From Okamejei kenojei (lineage: Eukaryota): 64,000 nucleotides of DNA. The notes under the pieces are model-generated. The model saw only the letters and a program-made list of their open reading frames with translations, was not told the origin of the DNA and made no database searches. Shown one piece after another: positions 24,131 to 36,419 of this stretch; within the stretch, counting starts at the first letter, position 1, and each line of letters starts with the position of its first letter. The DNA is taken from NCBI GenBank assembly GCA_035221665.1, contig JAVHYY010000086.1:310001-374000 (forward strand). Direction: 5' to 3'. The position numbers were made by a program, and so were the translations under genes.

Positions 24131-26779
24131 GCAGAGCACCAATAAAATGGTGGTTATATTGTCAGCCCCTTATCACGCAAACGAAATATGTGTGGAAGCA
24201 CTCTGATAGTGGAAAATCTACAAGGAGGCATCAGCAGCTGGAGAACACCTGACACAATCAAGGCTCTCCTCATACGCTGGATCTTTTCTCTCCTCCCTCC
24301 TCCTCTCCGACAGAAGAAACACATGATTAAAACTACTAGATTCAAGAACAGCTTCTTACCTGCAATTACAAGACTCTTGAGTGGACCTCGCGTAAGCCAA
24401 GGATTTATTTACGACTTCCCAGTCTGCCTTGCTGCGACCCTTGCACTTTTAGTCAACCTGCACTTTCTCTGCAGCCGTCATATTTATTTTAGAGATCGAT
24501 TATGCCCATCATGCAGGGCCCGTGCGGACTAGTTGGATGTCCCACTGCAGTTGATGGATGCTAGTGGACAGTAATTTATTCTGAGTGCAAATGTGTGAGT
24601 AGCCGTCGTCTGCATTGAATGGAAGTCAGGACTTGGGTTTCCGTCAACAGGACGGCTGCTGCAAGTGTTCCAGAGACAGTTGCGATGATAAATCTCCCAA
24701 CAAATTTGATGGCATGTTTGGACAATAAAAGTTCGCAGTTCTCGTGATCTATGGTATTCCCAAATCAGGAACAACCTCGGAGCACCAGGGCGTGACAGAG
24801 AGCTACCATTCGATTTTAATATATACGAAGAGCGATGCTTCATGGCATTCATAAATCCTTCAGTCGGACACTAATAGGCCTTGATGCTGAAACATACGTA
24901 AAGACGGGAGATATAATGATGTCTCGGTTTCTGTACCAAAACATTGCGTTGCTGGCCGAGCAGAAACACAGACAACGTCTGTCTGCGTTGCTTGTAATCG
25001 TGGGGATATACATTTCAATTAGAGAGGAGCGACACCGGGCGCTACTCCTGCTATTAGCTCAGGATAGTTTTTAGTTTAGAGATACACCGCGGCAAAAGGT
25101 ATTTTGGCCCACCGTGTCCGCGGGTCTCCGGAGGTGTGAGCGCTCTAAGGCAGAAGCTCGACCGCCGCCCCAGTGTTATGCAGGTTATTTAACTACTCCC
25201 TCCCCCATCTGCTATTTGCCAGGCACCCGGTGGCTAGAATTTGGTTACAACCATTCTTGCAAATCACCGACTTCTGTCTCCAACCTCTCGCACACAATCA
25301 CCAGCTGCACCTAACCATTTCCGACAGTTGACACCAGCGTCAATCCGCCCCGCCCTCACTTCGTTCCTCTGCACTGGCTGTGAACCGCCTTACCTACTGC
25401 AGGATTTTGCTGTCATGGCTATGTGTTGGAACTGTTGGCAAGTGGTTTTAGGAAATGTGTGTACTACTCGGCCAGCAGTTGTTTTGGACTGCAGACTGAC
25501 TGCAGAATGCAGCAAACGGGATCCAACCGTTAAACATATCTTGAATTAAAGATCAGCGGTATATACGCAGGTTCAATTTGACGCGAGTCTGAGAACGCTT
25601 GAATAACCGACGCCAGGAGACTGTCGATAATCAACTCCACAACAGTCGATCGCTGAACATGTCCCCATCAACATCTACAATTACTCAAAAATCTGTGTGC
25701 ATGGTTACACAATCATTTGTGCATACATGGGTGATAGCAGAAAGCCACTTTGCATCCACAAGCCATTGCCATCCGTGGAATAAATCGTAATTTCTCTGTA
25801 AACCTTAGTTTAATGAACTTATGTTGTCCCATGCCTACGTCACTAAGCGGTACCCTATCTCAGTAAAACAGAAAATGATGGAAATACTTCGCAGGTCAGG
25901 CCGCATCCGTGTGCTGAAAGACAAAGTTAAACTTTGACGTCAAAGGTGCTCCGTACAAACCGGAAAGGAGAGAATAAAACTGCTCCTTTACCTGCAAGGT
26001 GGCTAGAAGTGTAAAGATATAAGAAACTGCAGACTCTGGAATCTTGAGCAAAACTGAAAGTGCTGGAGGAATTCAGCAGACTAAACATCATCTGGGGAGG
26101 GAAACGATATGGTCTAAAGAACGGTCCAGTCCTGGAAAATAGTCTGCCCATGCCTTCCACAGATGCTGCCTGACCAACGGAGTCCCTCCAGCACTTTGTG
26201 ATTTAGTTCAAGGAAAGTTGTGGGGGCGATGATGACGGCAGCTTCGGCAATAACCACACCGACACTTGCAATAGAGTGAAATTACGTGATATGTTTTATT
26301 TACTGAAGTATAAACCGCAAGGGGCCACTGTCCCTCGCCATCAAGGCGCATGTGCGATGATGCAGATATTAATAAGGAGAAGGCTGGAATGATTCAAGTG
26401 GTCAACCGATATCAAGTAATTGAACCCAGCTGTTATCAATCTCAGATCGAACATTCAGTGACAGGGATTAGAGCAGCAGACAAGGCAAGGGGCGCCGTCA
26501 CAAACGGTGTCTCACTTATTGGGTAAAACCCAAGGTACAGCCTCCATCCTTCTACTCCGTCTCCGCAGCTTTACTTGCTTGTATCATATTCTCAGATCTG
26601 ACGAAGGATTTCTGCATGAAATGTTAGTCTTCCAAATGGTGCGACAGGTTCCTGCTGAGTCCTTCCAATACGTTACTTTTGTTTCAGATATCTAGAATTT
26701 GCTGGGTTATTTGGGTTTCACTACACCTGGGTGATGGTAGTAATCATCATATTATTAAGCAGAATGCCGTGGGATCTCA

Positions 26780-27088
26780 CACGTTAGTTTAGTTTAGAGG
26801 AAACAGGCCTTTTCGCCCACAGTGTCCACACCGACCAGCGATCCTCGCACATTAACACTATCCTGCACACCCTAAGGACTATTTAGATTTATAGCAAGCC
26901 AATTAAACTACAAACCTGTACGTCTTTGGAGTGTGGGAGGAAACTGAAGAGCTCGTGGAAACCCACGCACGTCTCGGGGTGAGCGTCCACATTCCGCACA
27001 GACAGCATACTTAGTCAGGATCTGACGCAGCACCCGGGGCTCTTGCGCTGCAAGGCAGCAACTCTACCGCTGCGCCACTGTGCCGCAC
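26780..27088 (-). mobile_element. tRNA-derived V-SINE (HE1-like)
   Basis: Reverse complement begins GCGGCACAGTGGCGCAGCGGTAGAGTTGCTGCC; central CTCCCACACTCCAAAGACGTACAGG..TTAATTGGC domain; CR1-like tail. Confidence 0.85.
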
Positions 27089-27701
27089 TCGCGGCGCATC
27101 TGGAAGAGTATTTGATGTAAGTCGTTTCCTCCAACCACCCCCCCCCCCTCTCCCCATCCACGCACCCCACACATTAAAAAAGGCTAAATAACATTAAAAA
27201 CACACAAACACATACCATTAAGCACAAAGGAAAGAAAGGACAGACAGACTGTAGGAGAGGCAGCTATTGCAGGCACCACCCGGTGGATCAATAAAGCAAA
27301 CCATCGAACCAACAGGGTGCATTTATGATTATTTTCCATTAGTTTACAACGGAAGTTATACATCCACCTTTCCTTCCCCATCATCTCTATTTTTCGACTA
27401 CAAACGCTTATAGCTCTTTGCAATCGCCCGATGTGCTGATTCCGCTGGCTTGTGCGGAAATAACACAGCCACTCGTTTCATTTTCAGCAGCCGCTTTCCT
27501 TATCAGGAATGTGGCCGCCATTAAAAGCGGATAATACAAATTCACATTTCCATACTGGAAGCCTTCTTAATAGCGACAAATACACTATTTGACCGTTTCC
27601 CTTATTCCACTTATCAAGTATAATATTGTAATGTTCCTGCGTGAGTGTCTCGGCCTCTGTTGTATGCAGCGCACATGCTGCTTGTATTGGAAACCTCCGG
27701 C

Positions 27702-27785
27702 AGTTATTGTACAAGCCCCCAGCCCACTCCCATCACCTTACTTAAATAGTGCTAGCAGGATTCGGAGCGGGCAATAGCAGTGGAC
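27702..27785 (-). pseudogene. V relic V5: leader-like exon joined directly to a truncated 23-RSS (V exon deleted)
   Basis: Minus strand: ..CACTGCTATTGCCCGCTCCGAATCCTGCTAGCACTATTTAA-GTAAG-GTG-23 nt-ACAATAACT. The downstream flank (GCCGGAGGTTTCC..) resembles those of V1 and V4. Confidence 0.6.
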
Positions 27786-27793
27786 TAAATATA

Positions 27794-28112
27794 GGGCGGG
27801 ACAGTTGTGCAGCGGTAGATTTGCTGCCTTAAAGCAATTATAGCACCAGAGACCTGGGTTCGATCCTGGTTACGGGTGCTTGTCTGTACGGAGTTTGTAC
27901 GATATTCCCGTGTCCTGCGTCGGGTTTCTCCGAGAACTTCCGTTTCCACCTACACCCTAAGACGCACAGATTTGTAGGTTAATTGTCTTGGTATAAAAAA
28001 AATGTCCCTAGTGTAGCATGGTATTAATGTGCGGGGACGGTTAGTCGGTGCGAATTCGTTGGGCCGAATGGCCTGTATCCACTTTGTGTTTCTAGGCTAA
28101 ATTAATCTAAAC
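27794..28112 (+). mobile_element. tRNA-derived V-SINE
   Basis: GGGCGGGACAGTTGTGCAGCGGTAG..GGGTTCGATCC (A/B boxes), V-domain, GGGCCGAATGGCCTGT tail. Confidence 0.85.
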
Positions 28113-28843
28113 TTATAGAGGAGAATTGTGATTCATGGATAAATAGGATTGCGCGTGCATGAATCCCAGGACATGTCTCCATACCCCCCTTTGACATACA
28201 CAACTTAGGTCCCTGCATTGCACTCGAAGTGACCACCTATTTATACTGTTCCTGCTACACTATTTGCACGAGTTTGTAACACTGCAAAAAGCCACCTAAG
28301 CATTCCACGTAATATTGTTCTCCTCTATGTCCCGCTGGATAATGTTATATGCATAACGATAAGCTGTAATTAGAACACAGAACAGAGAACAGTGTAGCAC
28401 ATAAATAGGTCCTTCAGCGCACAATATCCGTTCCTTGGAAGACGTAGATAAACAAATCTGCTTTGCCTGCTTGTACCGTTCCCTGCCTTGCCATGTGCCT
28501 CTCCGTAATTCCTTAAATGCCTCTATCTTATACGGCTCGACCACATCTGTCTCAAGTACACAACACACTCTGTGTAAAAAGGTACCTGCCCTACACCACT
28601 CCTTTAAACTTCCTCCCTCTCACCTTAACGCTACCCGCTCTTATTCTCGAGATTCTATGCGCCTCGTAATTTGATGCACTCGTATCAGGTCTCCAGCTTC
28701 CAACATTCCCGAAAAAAAACATTACAAGTTGTTTTTCAACTTCTCCTTATTGGTAATCCTTGCAGCATGCTGGTAAATTGATACTAAGCTGGATGCTTTT
28801 CCTCTGTGCAATACCTTGATTAGTTGTTTGCTTACTCGAGAAT

Positions 28844-30041
28844 AATAGTAAGATTAAACGAGAACTTACCAGTTCGAAGTTTGATATTTATTTTATGAGG
28901 AGTAACGATGAGGGATTACGTGAAGAAGGCCCGCCTGGCGCTGGAACGGCATACTTCAAAGCAGCGGCATGGAAAACACAGAACACAATAGCCGGAGTAA
29001 GATAGTAAGGCTCATCATAGATTTAGAACTACCAGATGATCATTTACTTTATGAGGGTGTGGAGTGGAGGGCACGTAATCCCTCATCGTTACTCCTCGTA
29101 AAATAGAGATCAAACTTCGAACTGGTAAGTTCTCGTTTAATCTTACTATTTTACTTCGGAGTCACGTGAGTGACTACGTGAAGAGTTTGAAGCTTTCTGT
29201 GTTTTTCATGTCGTAGAATTTATTCCATACGACAGTCCGGCTCATTTAACACAGTAACGAGCGAATAACACATTTTTCCCCAAACATTGCCTCAAGTTAT
29301 GTGATAAATGATTTCACATTAAAAAGAATAAAAGTAATGTCCTTTCCATTGAAAGGCAAGTTTATCACAAAATACCAATTGATATATATATTTTGATGGC
29401 ATGACAAAGCAACAATTATAGAGAACCCAACACTGCGTGTCCAAACCTGACACCATGACTGGTTCCTTTTTACTTTAACATTAATTTACACCCTCCTGCG
29501 GCCTTGCATCTTTGCTCGAGTGGCTCATCCCGTGCCATTCCTGTGAATGTATCTACCTCATTAACAGAGTGATTTTCCACCTTTCAGTGTCTAGTTCCAC
29601 TGAGTGTATCCAATTTCTAACCATCTAGAATACATTCCTCTAGAACCATCAGTTTTTACTGAACCTAATGTGGTTTTTGTGTGTAATAAGCAGTCTCATT
29701 ACCACAGAGACTCTTACCTACTGCAACATATTTCATCAATGTTCACACACACACAACTTAAAGCCGACAGGATATGCTTATAGGTTTACCTTGGTTTCAG
29801 CTCCTCTTGGTGTGCTTTGTTTGGTAGATTCATAAACATATATGATAATGCAATCTGTATCCACATGCAATTATAACGTAACATTTGCAATGTTTGCACT
29901 CTTATATTGATACTAAAGTCATCAGCATTATTATTTTCAATGTTTAACTTTTTTGAATCATAGATAGAGTTAGAGTCCATTGCCTAAGGCAATTCAGAAT
30001 TATTTATCTCCTGACTTTATATTTTTTACAATTTTGGACAG

Positions 30042-30106
<65 letters not shown>

Positions 30107-31959
30107 TAATATCTACATATATATCCCTTTCCATATCTGGATATTATGTATGCACCTGATAACTTCTTGGTTAATATATTGTCCGTTAATAGGACGGTAA
30201 CACTCTGAGCCCTATTATTGGCTCTATCAATTAGATACTCAGAAAAATGCAATCCACAAGGAACTCACATATATCTAATATGATAAAATAACTTTACTGT
30301 ATACACAGATCTCCAATTTCTTATAACAAAATATTGTTTTTTTGACTTATTTCTGCAAATTGCAGGTATAACACTTCTTTTATACATAATTATTTTATTG
30401 ATATGTTGTTATATTAGTTAACATTCATAGACTTCTTTGACCATCAGCTGTTGTAATGGTCTGGTCAACCTGCAGATAGTCAAATTCATATTTTCATGTC
30501 ATGGATGCTTTTGTACAACAATAAATTACTGCAGGGTTTCACAAACCTGGAGATCCCAGCGGGTGCAGCAGCATCCAAAGAGCGAAAGGAGACAGGCAAC
30601 GCCTCGGGTCGAGACCCTTCCTCAGACTTCAATAAATTGCTGCAACTATGAATCATCACAAGTAGTTCAACATCACACGATATTTATGAAACCATGAAGG
30701 ATCCGTATTAGGCCACCAAAAATGGCTCTGGCAGTGCCCTGCTACATTTTCATGAGACACTGCCCTATCAAACAAAATGAGGAACACAAAATAACATCTT
30801 TTCCTCATGTAATTGGGAGAAAAGCATCCACATTCCCTCTTCTTGGTTTACCCACAAGAAACATTTGAAAGATCGGTGATTTAATCTGTATGCAACCAGA
30901 TTAATCGTAAGTAATCCATATTAATAACAATATGTTTTTCTCCCAAATTTGTTGTCTCCGATACCATTGTCTCTTCCTTAGAGATAAACAGGTGGACTAA
31001 ACTTTAAAATATGCCACATCTGTTTACTCAGATAATCCCATGATTGTTATTTGACTTATCTTGTGTGTTTTAACATATGCCACAGCCGTGGTATTGTTCA
31101 TCTTGATACGACATGGACACTTCCATAATAAAACAATCGATATTTAATCCATAACTCCTTATACTTCAGTAATTAATACAAATGTTTGGAAAATTTCTTA
31201 GGACAAACCATTTATGCTCACCTGGTATTATTGTCCGCAGTCCCAACAAGAGACGTATCAATTATTCTTATAAGAATAGATAATATTCTTATCTTTACCC
31301 AAACATTCACAGAAGCTGTACGTCATCTGTAACACTTGCTTCAGTTTGCAACAGCTGTTAATCTTATAGTTGAAGCAGCTTGTGAACCTTTTTTACATTA
31401 CTTTAATAATGATAACGTATCATTTGATATTTGCATAAGCCTCTTCACAAAAGCATACATATTCTTATAAGCTTCTGTATTCCTTCTTTTGGAACTTTAT
31501 TTATTCTTTACCTCTTTTTTAAATTACGGCCTTTCTGACTTATTTAAAATTTCCCCCCTGCAAAAAGTATGTGGAGCATCTTAACTCCCTACCGTACTTT
31601 TAACGGTCACCAGTATCGGAACCGGCCCCGTAATTAATCTCCCGTCCCGATCGCTGGTATTCCCCCGGGACGTTCTTTTTCAAACTCCGTTGTTTTAACA
31701 GGGTTTTTCTGTTCTATTTTAATCTTTTACTTTACTTTTGTTTTTAAATTCATTTTAAATCCTGGTTCAATACACCAGGCACGGAGTTTTCCAGACCCTA
31801 AAAGTTTTTCAACTGCACTTACCTGCCGATTCCGTACCTACCGCTGTCGAGGAGCTGCCTCTGCAGCTCCTGCTTCTGCCGTCAGCGTCGACGTAATGCC
31901 GTTCCAGCGCCAGGCGGGCCTTCTTCACGTAGTCACTCACGTGACTCCGAAGTAAAATA
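28844..31959 (-). mobile_element. DIRS1-type tyrosine-recombinase retrotransposon with ITRs and internal complementary region; coding interior decayed
   Basis: Perfect 36-bp ITR (28917-28952 vs 31896-31931). ICR 29072-29150 pairs with 28844-28922, and 29147-29184 pairs with 31922-31959. Remnant RNase H motif (..KMNNTTAVAYV, ~31070-31110) and NLVAYRLNH (~30875-30905). Confidence 0.85.
30044..30102. repeat. (TA)n microsatellite
   Basis: Direct reading. Confidence 0.98.
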
Positions 31960-31989
31960 CCCCATTCATTTTGGTGGCATAATCTCATG

Positions 31990-33510
31990 GCGATTACAGA
32001 CATAGAGTGATACAGTGCGGAAACAGCCCTTCGGCTCAATTTGCCCACATCGCCCGACATGTCCCAGCTGCGCTCATTCCACCTGCCCGCGTTTTGTCCA
32101 TATCCCTCCAACCCTGACCTATCCATGTACCTGTCTAAATGTTGTGATATTCCTTGCCTTAACTATCTCCTCCGCCAGCTTGTTCCATACATCCATCACT
32201 CTATGTGTGCAAAAGTTACCCCTCAGATTCCTGTTAAATCTTTTCCCTTTCACCTAAATCCATATCCTCTGGCCCACGATTCATCTACTCTGGGCAAAGG
32301 ACTAACTGTATCTACAGTATCTATTCCTTTTATGATTTTATGCAGCTCAGTAATATTAGCCCTCAATCTATTGCGCTCCAAACAACAGAGTCCCAGCATA
32401 CTCAATCTCCCCCGAGAGCTCAGACACTCTAGCCCTGGAAACATATTTGTCAATCTTCTCTGTACCTCTTTCAGCTTGAGAACATATTTCCTATAAACAT
32501 GTTGCCCAGAACTGAACTCAGTACTCAATTGCGGCCTCTCCAACGCCTTATACGTCTGCAACACGAACTCCCACTTCTATACTCAATACTCTGACTGATG
32601 AAGGCCAATGTGCCACGCACCTTGTGCGACTCCACATTCAATGAACCACGCACCTATACTCCAAGATCTCTCTGCTCTAAACCATTACCTGGATCCCTAG
32701 CATTCATTGAGCAGGACCCGCGTTCGACTTTCCAAAATGCAACACGTCACATTTCTCAGTATGAAATTCCATCAACGCTTCTTCAGCCTACCTGGCTACT
32801 CGATCAAGATCCTGTTGCAAATTTTCATAACTATCTCTCTGTATGTAACACCACCCATTTGTGTATTATCAGCGAACCTGTCAATCTTGCCGTGTATGTT
32901 CTCATCCAAATCATTGACATAGATGAGAAACAGTAACTGGCCGAACACCGAACCCTGAGGCAAACCGCTAGTCACAGGCATCCAGTCCGAAAAGCCTCCT
33001 TCCGCTATCATCCTCTGCTTCCTTCCATGAAGCCACTTTTCTTTCTATTCAGCTGTCTCTCCTTGGATCCCAGGCGATCTTATCTTCCAGTGTAGCCTAC
33101 CTGCGTGGAACCTTGTCGAATGTTTTCTGAATTCCATATATACAATATGTGCGCCTTTGCGCTCAACGTCCTTTTTTGTCACGTCTTCCAAAAACACAAT
33201 CAGATTTGTGAAAAACGACTTCCCACGTACAGACCCATGCTCACTATATCTAATCAGCCATAATCCGTCTAAATGCCTGTATATCCCATCCATCGGCATA
33301 CTCTCGAGTAACCTTCCAACTCACGATGTCAAGTGCTCTGGCCTACAGTTCCCAGCACCTACCCTGCAGCCTTTATTGAATAGAATCACAACAGTTGTCA
33401 CCAATCAGTCTTCGGTATCCTCTCCATCATTTAAAGACGACTCGTACATCTAAACCAGGGATCCCAAAAATATCCTCCCTTGTTTCCCACATTGTCTTCG
33501 GATACATCTT
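31990..33510 (-). mobile_element. CR1 LINE fragment (older subfamily)
   Basis: [51 protein letters not shown]. Confidence 0.88.
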
Positions 33511-34811
33511 TGATTATTGTCAAACAAATCTAAATGTGTTATCCATTTAATTTCTTCGTTGGTTAGTGGTATCGAATCGTGCAGTAGGCTTTGTGCCAAA
33601 GTTGCACATTTGGATCGTATGTCATTGAGTCATGGATCTGAGCGGAGCGAAAACAGACCATTCGGCCTTCTTTATTCTATTCTGATCCATTTGGCGAACT
33701 GAGATGTTTTCATTTGCATGTATTTAGTCCATAGTTCTCCAAAGACTTCTCATCCATATATCTGACCAAATGTCTTTTAGAAGTATTAATTCTACCATCC
33801 AATAGCTCACACTGGCAAATATCTAAAATCAAAACATGAAATTCCGAAACACTGACCAGGTCAGCCAGCATCCGTGGACAAAAAACAAGGTTATGTTTCC
33901 GATTCACAACGCTTCATCAGAACAGGGAAAACGAATCAAGCCCTTTTTAAGTTGCAGAAATGGCGGTGGAAGGACGGATAGTATAGTTCTATAAATGTTT
34001 AACGGGCATCTGATTTATTAATGTTTTCTTTTTGATGATAAACCCAATTCATAAAAAAATATTTAATTTTCTTACCGATAATCATTGCAACCAATGTAAC
34101 GGGTGCAAATAGATGCATTTTAACTGCTCGCGGATACTGTGATAGTTTTAGCGTCAGATTCGTATAGATTACCTCGCATGCACAACTATTGACGCAATTA
34201 GAAGTACATAAGGCTGAGCACATTGGCTGAAGCTGGACTGATGTCATTTCCGTGCAGAACACCAATCAAAAGGATTCCACTGCGATGAACATGTTATCCA
34301 ATCAATTTATATTTATTTAGCACAACTCCCACAGTTATTAATGACAGATAATAGTTGACAGATAATAGCTAACCTGCGTCAGACCCATGACTTCCACTGT
34401 GTTTGTTTCCACCAGATGCAGTTAGGTAAAAAATGTAGGACACAATTCACAAGTGGACAAGGCCAACTGGACACAAGTAGTTTGCCGGGACAAGAATCCT
34501 GCAGCGTAGGATAGTCAGAGGTGACATTCGGTATGTGACGGCGCTCTCCAAATAACGTCTCATGAGAGGATATGTCGATGATTGTTTCAGTTTAATATCA
34601 TGGTAGAATGATAGGAATTCTTCAGAAAAGGCAGAGTAAACGTGAAGCAAGGTTGTAATGAGATGGCGGTTGTATGAATGTAGTGAGAGAGAGTGGGGTA
34701 GGGAACCATAATTTGAGAAAAAGGTACGGTTTGTTTCAAAGACGTTCTATCTGAGCTAAAATACTACATGCCCCAGCCGCGAGGGGAAATGTGGCTGCAT
34801 TGAATAGTTTA

Positions 34812-36180
34812 GGTACTTCTAGATCTCAGTGCTGCTTTTGATAGGGTGGACCATAACATACTGCTTGACAGAATGGAGAAGTGGGTAGGACTCTCTGGTT
34901 CTCTGCTGGACTGGTTCAAATCCTACTTGAAAGATCGGGATTATTTTCTTTCCCTTGGTAATTATGAATCGGAGCGTACAAAACTCACAAGCGGGGTTCC
35001 TCAGGGCTCCATTCTTGGACCCATTTTGTTCAATATTTACGAGCTTCCCCTAGCTCAGATCGTAGAGTATTTTAACATATCCTACCATACTTATGCCGAT
35101 GACACACAACTTCATATCGCAGTGTCACCACATGACCATAGTCCCCTACACTCACTGAGTCAGTGTGCCAAACAAATCAATGAGTGGATGAACCAGAACC
35201 TCCTCCAGCTCAATGCAAATAAGATAGAAATTATTGTCTTTGGTCCCAAAAATACAAGGCTAGAGGTGAGCGCTCAACTTGACTCAATCGCACTGAGAAC
35301 CACAGACAAAGCCAGAAACCATGGTGTAGTTATGGACTTGGATTTGAATTTTAACAACCACATAAAGACCATTGCCAAATCTGCCTATTACCATCTAAAA
35401 AACATTGCAAGAATCAAGCGACTGCTGTCCAAAGAAGATACCGAAAAACATGTTCATGCTTAGCTCTTCAGTAGGTTAGATTATTGTAATGGTATCTTTA
35501 CAGGTCTCAGTAAAAAGTCAATTAAACAACTGCAGCTTATCCAGAATGCCGCTGCCAGAGTCTTGACCAACACCAAGAAAATGGACCACATTACACCTGT
35601 CCTTAAATATTTGCACTGGCTCCCTGTGTGTAAAAGGATAGATTTTAAAATTATGTTACTGGCCTACAAGGCACTGAATGGTCTGGGTCCAAAATACATC
35701 TCTGACCTCCCTGTTGTATATGAGGCACCTAGACTGCTCAGGTCTTCAGGGACAGGTTTACTCTGTGTTCCCAGGGTCAGAACTAAAAAGGCTGAAGCAG
35801 CGTTCAGTTTTCTATGCTCCATACCTGTGGAACAAGCTCTGAGGTGTGTTCAGACTGTAAGCTCATTTAGAACAGGCCTAAAAACACTGTAGCTTTTCCA
35901 TAACCCAAAATGCAGGTAAACTTAACCTTTTAATCGTATCCCTTTTATGTGCTTTTAAAATCGTTTTATTGTTTTAGTGACTTTGTTTTACTATTCATGC
36001 ATTTGTCTTATTGCTGGTTTTGTAATCTTTGATTACTGGCTATTTTGTTGTCCTGTGTTTGTATGGTTGTTCTGCTGTCTTTTTATTATGTTATTATTTT
36101 CTTTCTTTTGTAAAGCACTATTTTGTAACCTGCTTGTACGAATGGTGCTATATAAATAAATTTGCCTTCCCTTGTCTTGC
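34812..36180 (+). mobile_element. L2-clade LINE, 5'-truncated
   Basis: AFDRVDHNILL..WFKSYL..GVPQGSILGPILFNIY..YADDTQL..LNANKIE..HITPVLKYLHWLPV. 3' end TGGTGCTATATAAATAAA plus a short repeat tail. Confidence 0.9.
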
Positions 36181-36380
36181 CAGGGTTGATGGTGGAGGCA
36201 GGTATTTTAATAAACTAAGAGGCTTTTATATAGGTAGTTGGATATGCAGGGGATGGCGGGGCATGGATCAGTGCAGACAGAGGAGATTAATTTAACGAGA
36301 AACTTTAACTCCCTTATTTATAAAGTCTCCCTAGTGCGATATTTCCCCCCTGGCGATTGTTAACAGGAATTCGAAGAGTG

Positions 36381-36419
36381 TTTTTTTGCTCAAGTCCGCC
36401 ATGTTTCCGCAGCATTGTG
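36381..36419 (-). promoter_or_regulatory. 23-RSS of V6
   Basis: CACAATG (36419-36413), 23-nt spacer, GCAAAAAAA (36389-36381). Confidence 0.85.

Noticed and set aside
22840-27700. Possible NAR-TCR V-D-J cassette upstream of leaderless V4
   Set aside because: No D or J with RSSs and no IgNAR-like V found; V4 lacks the CDR1 cysteine.
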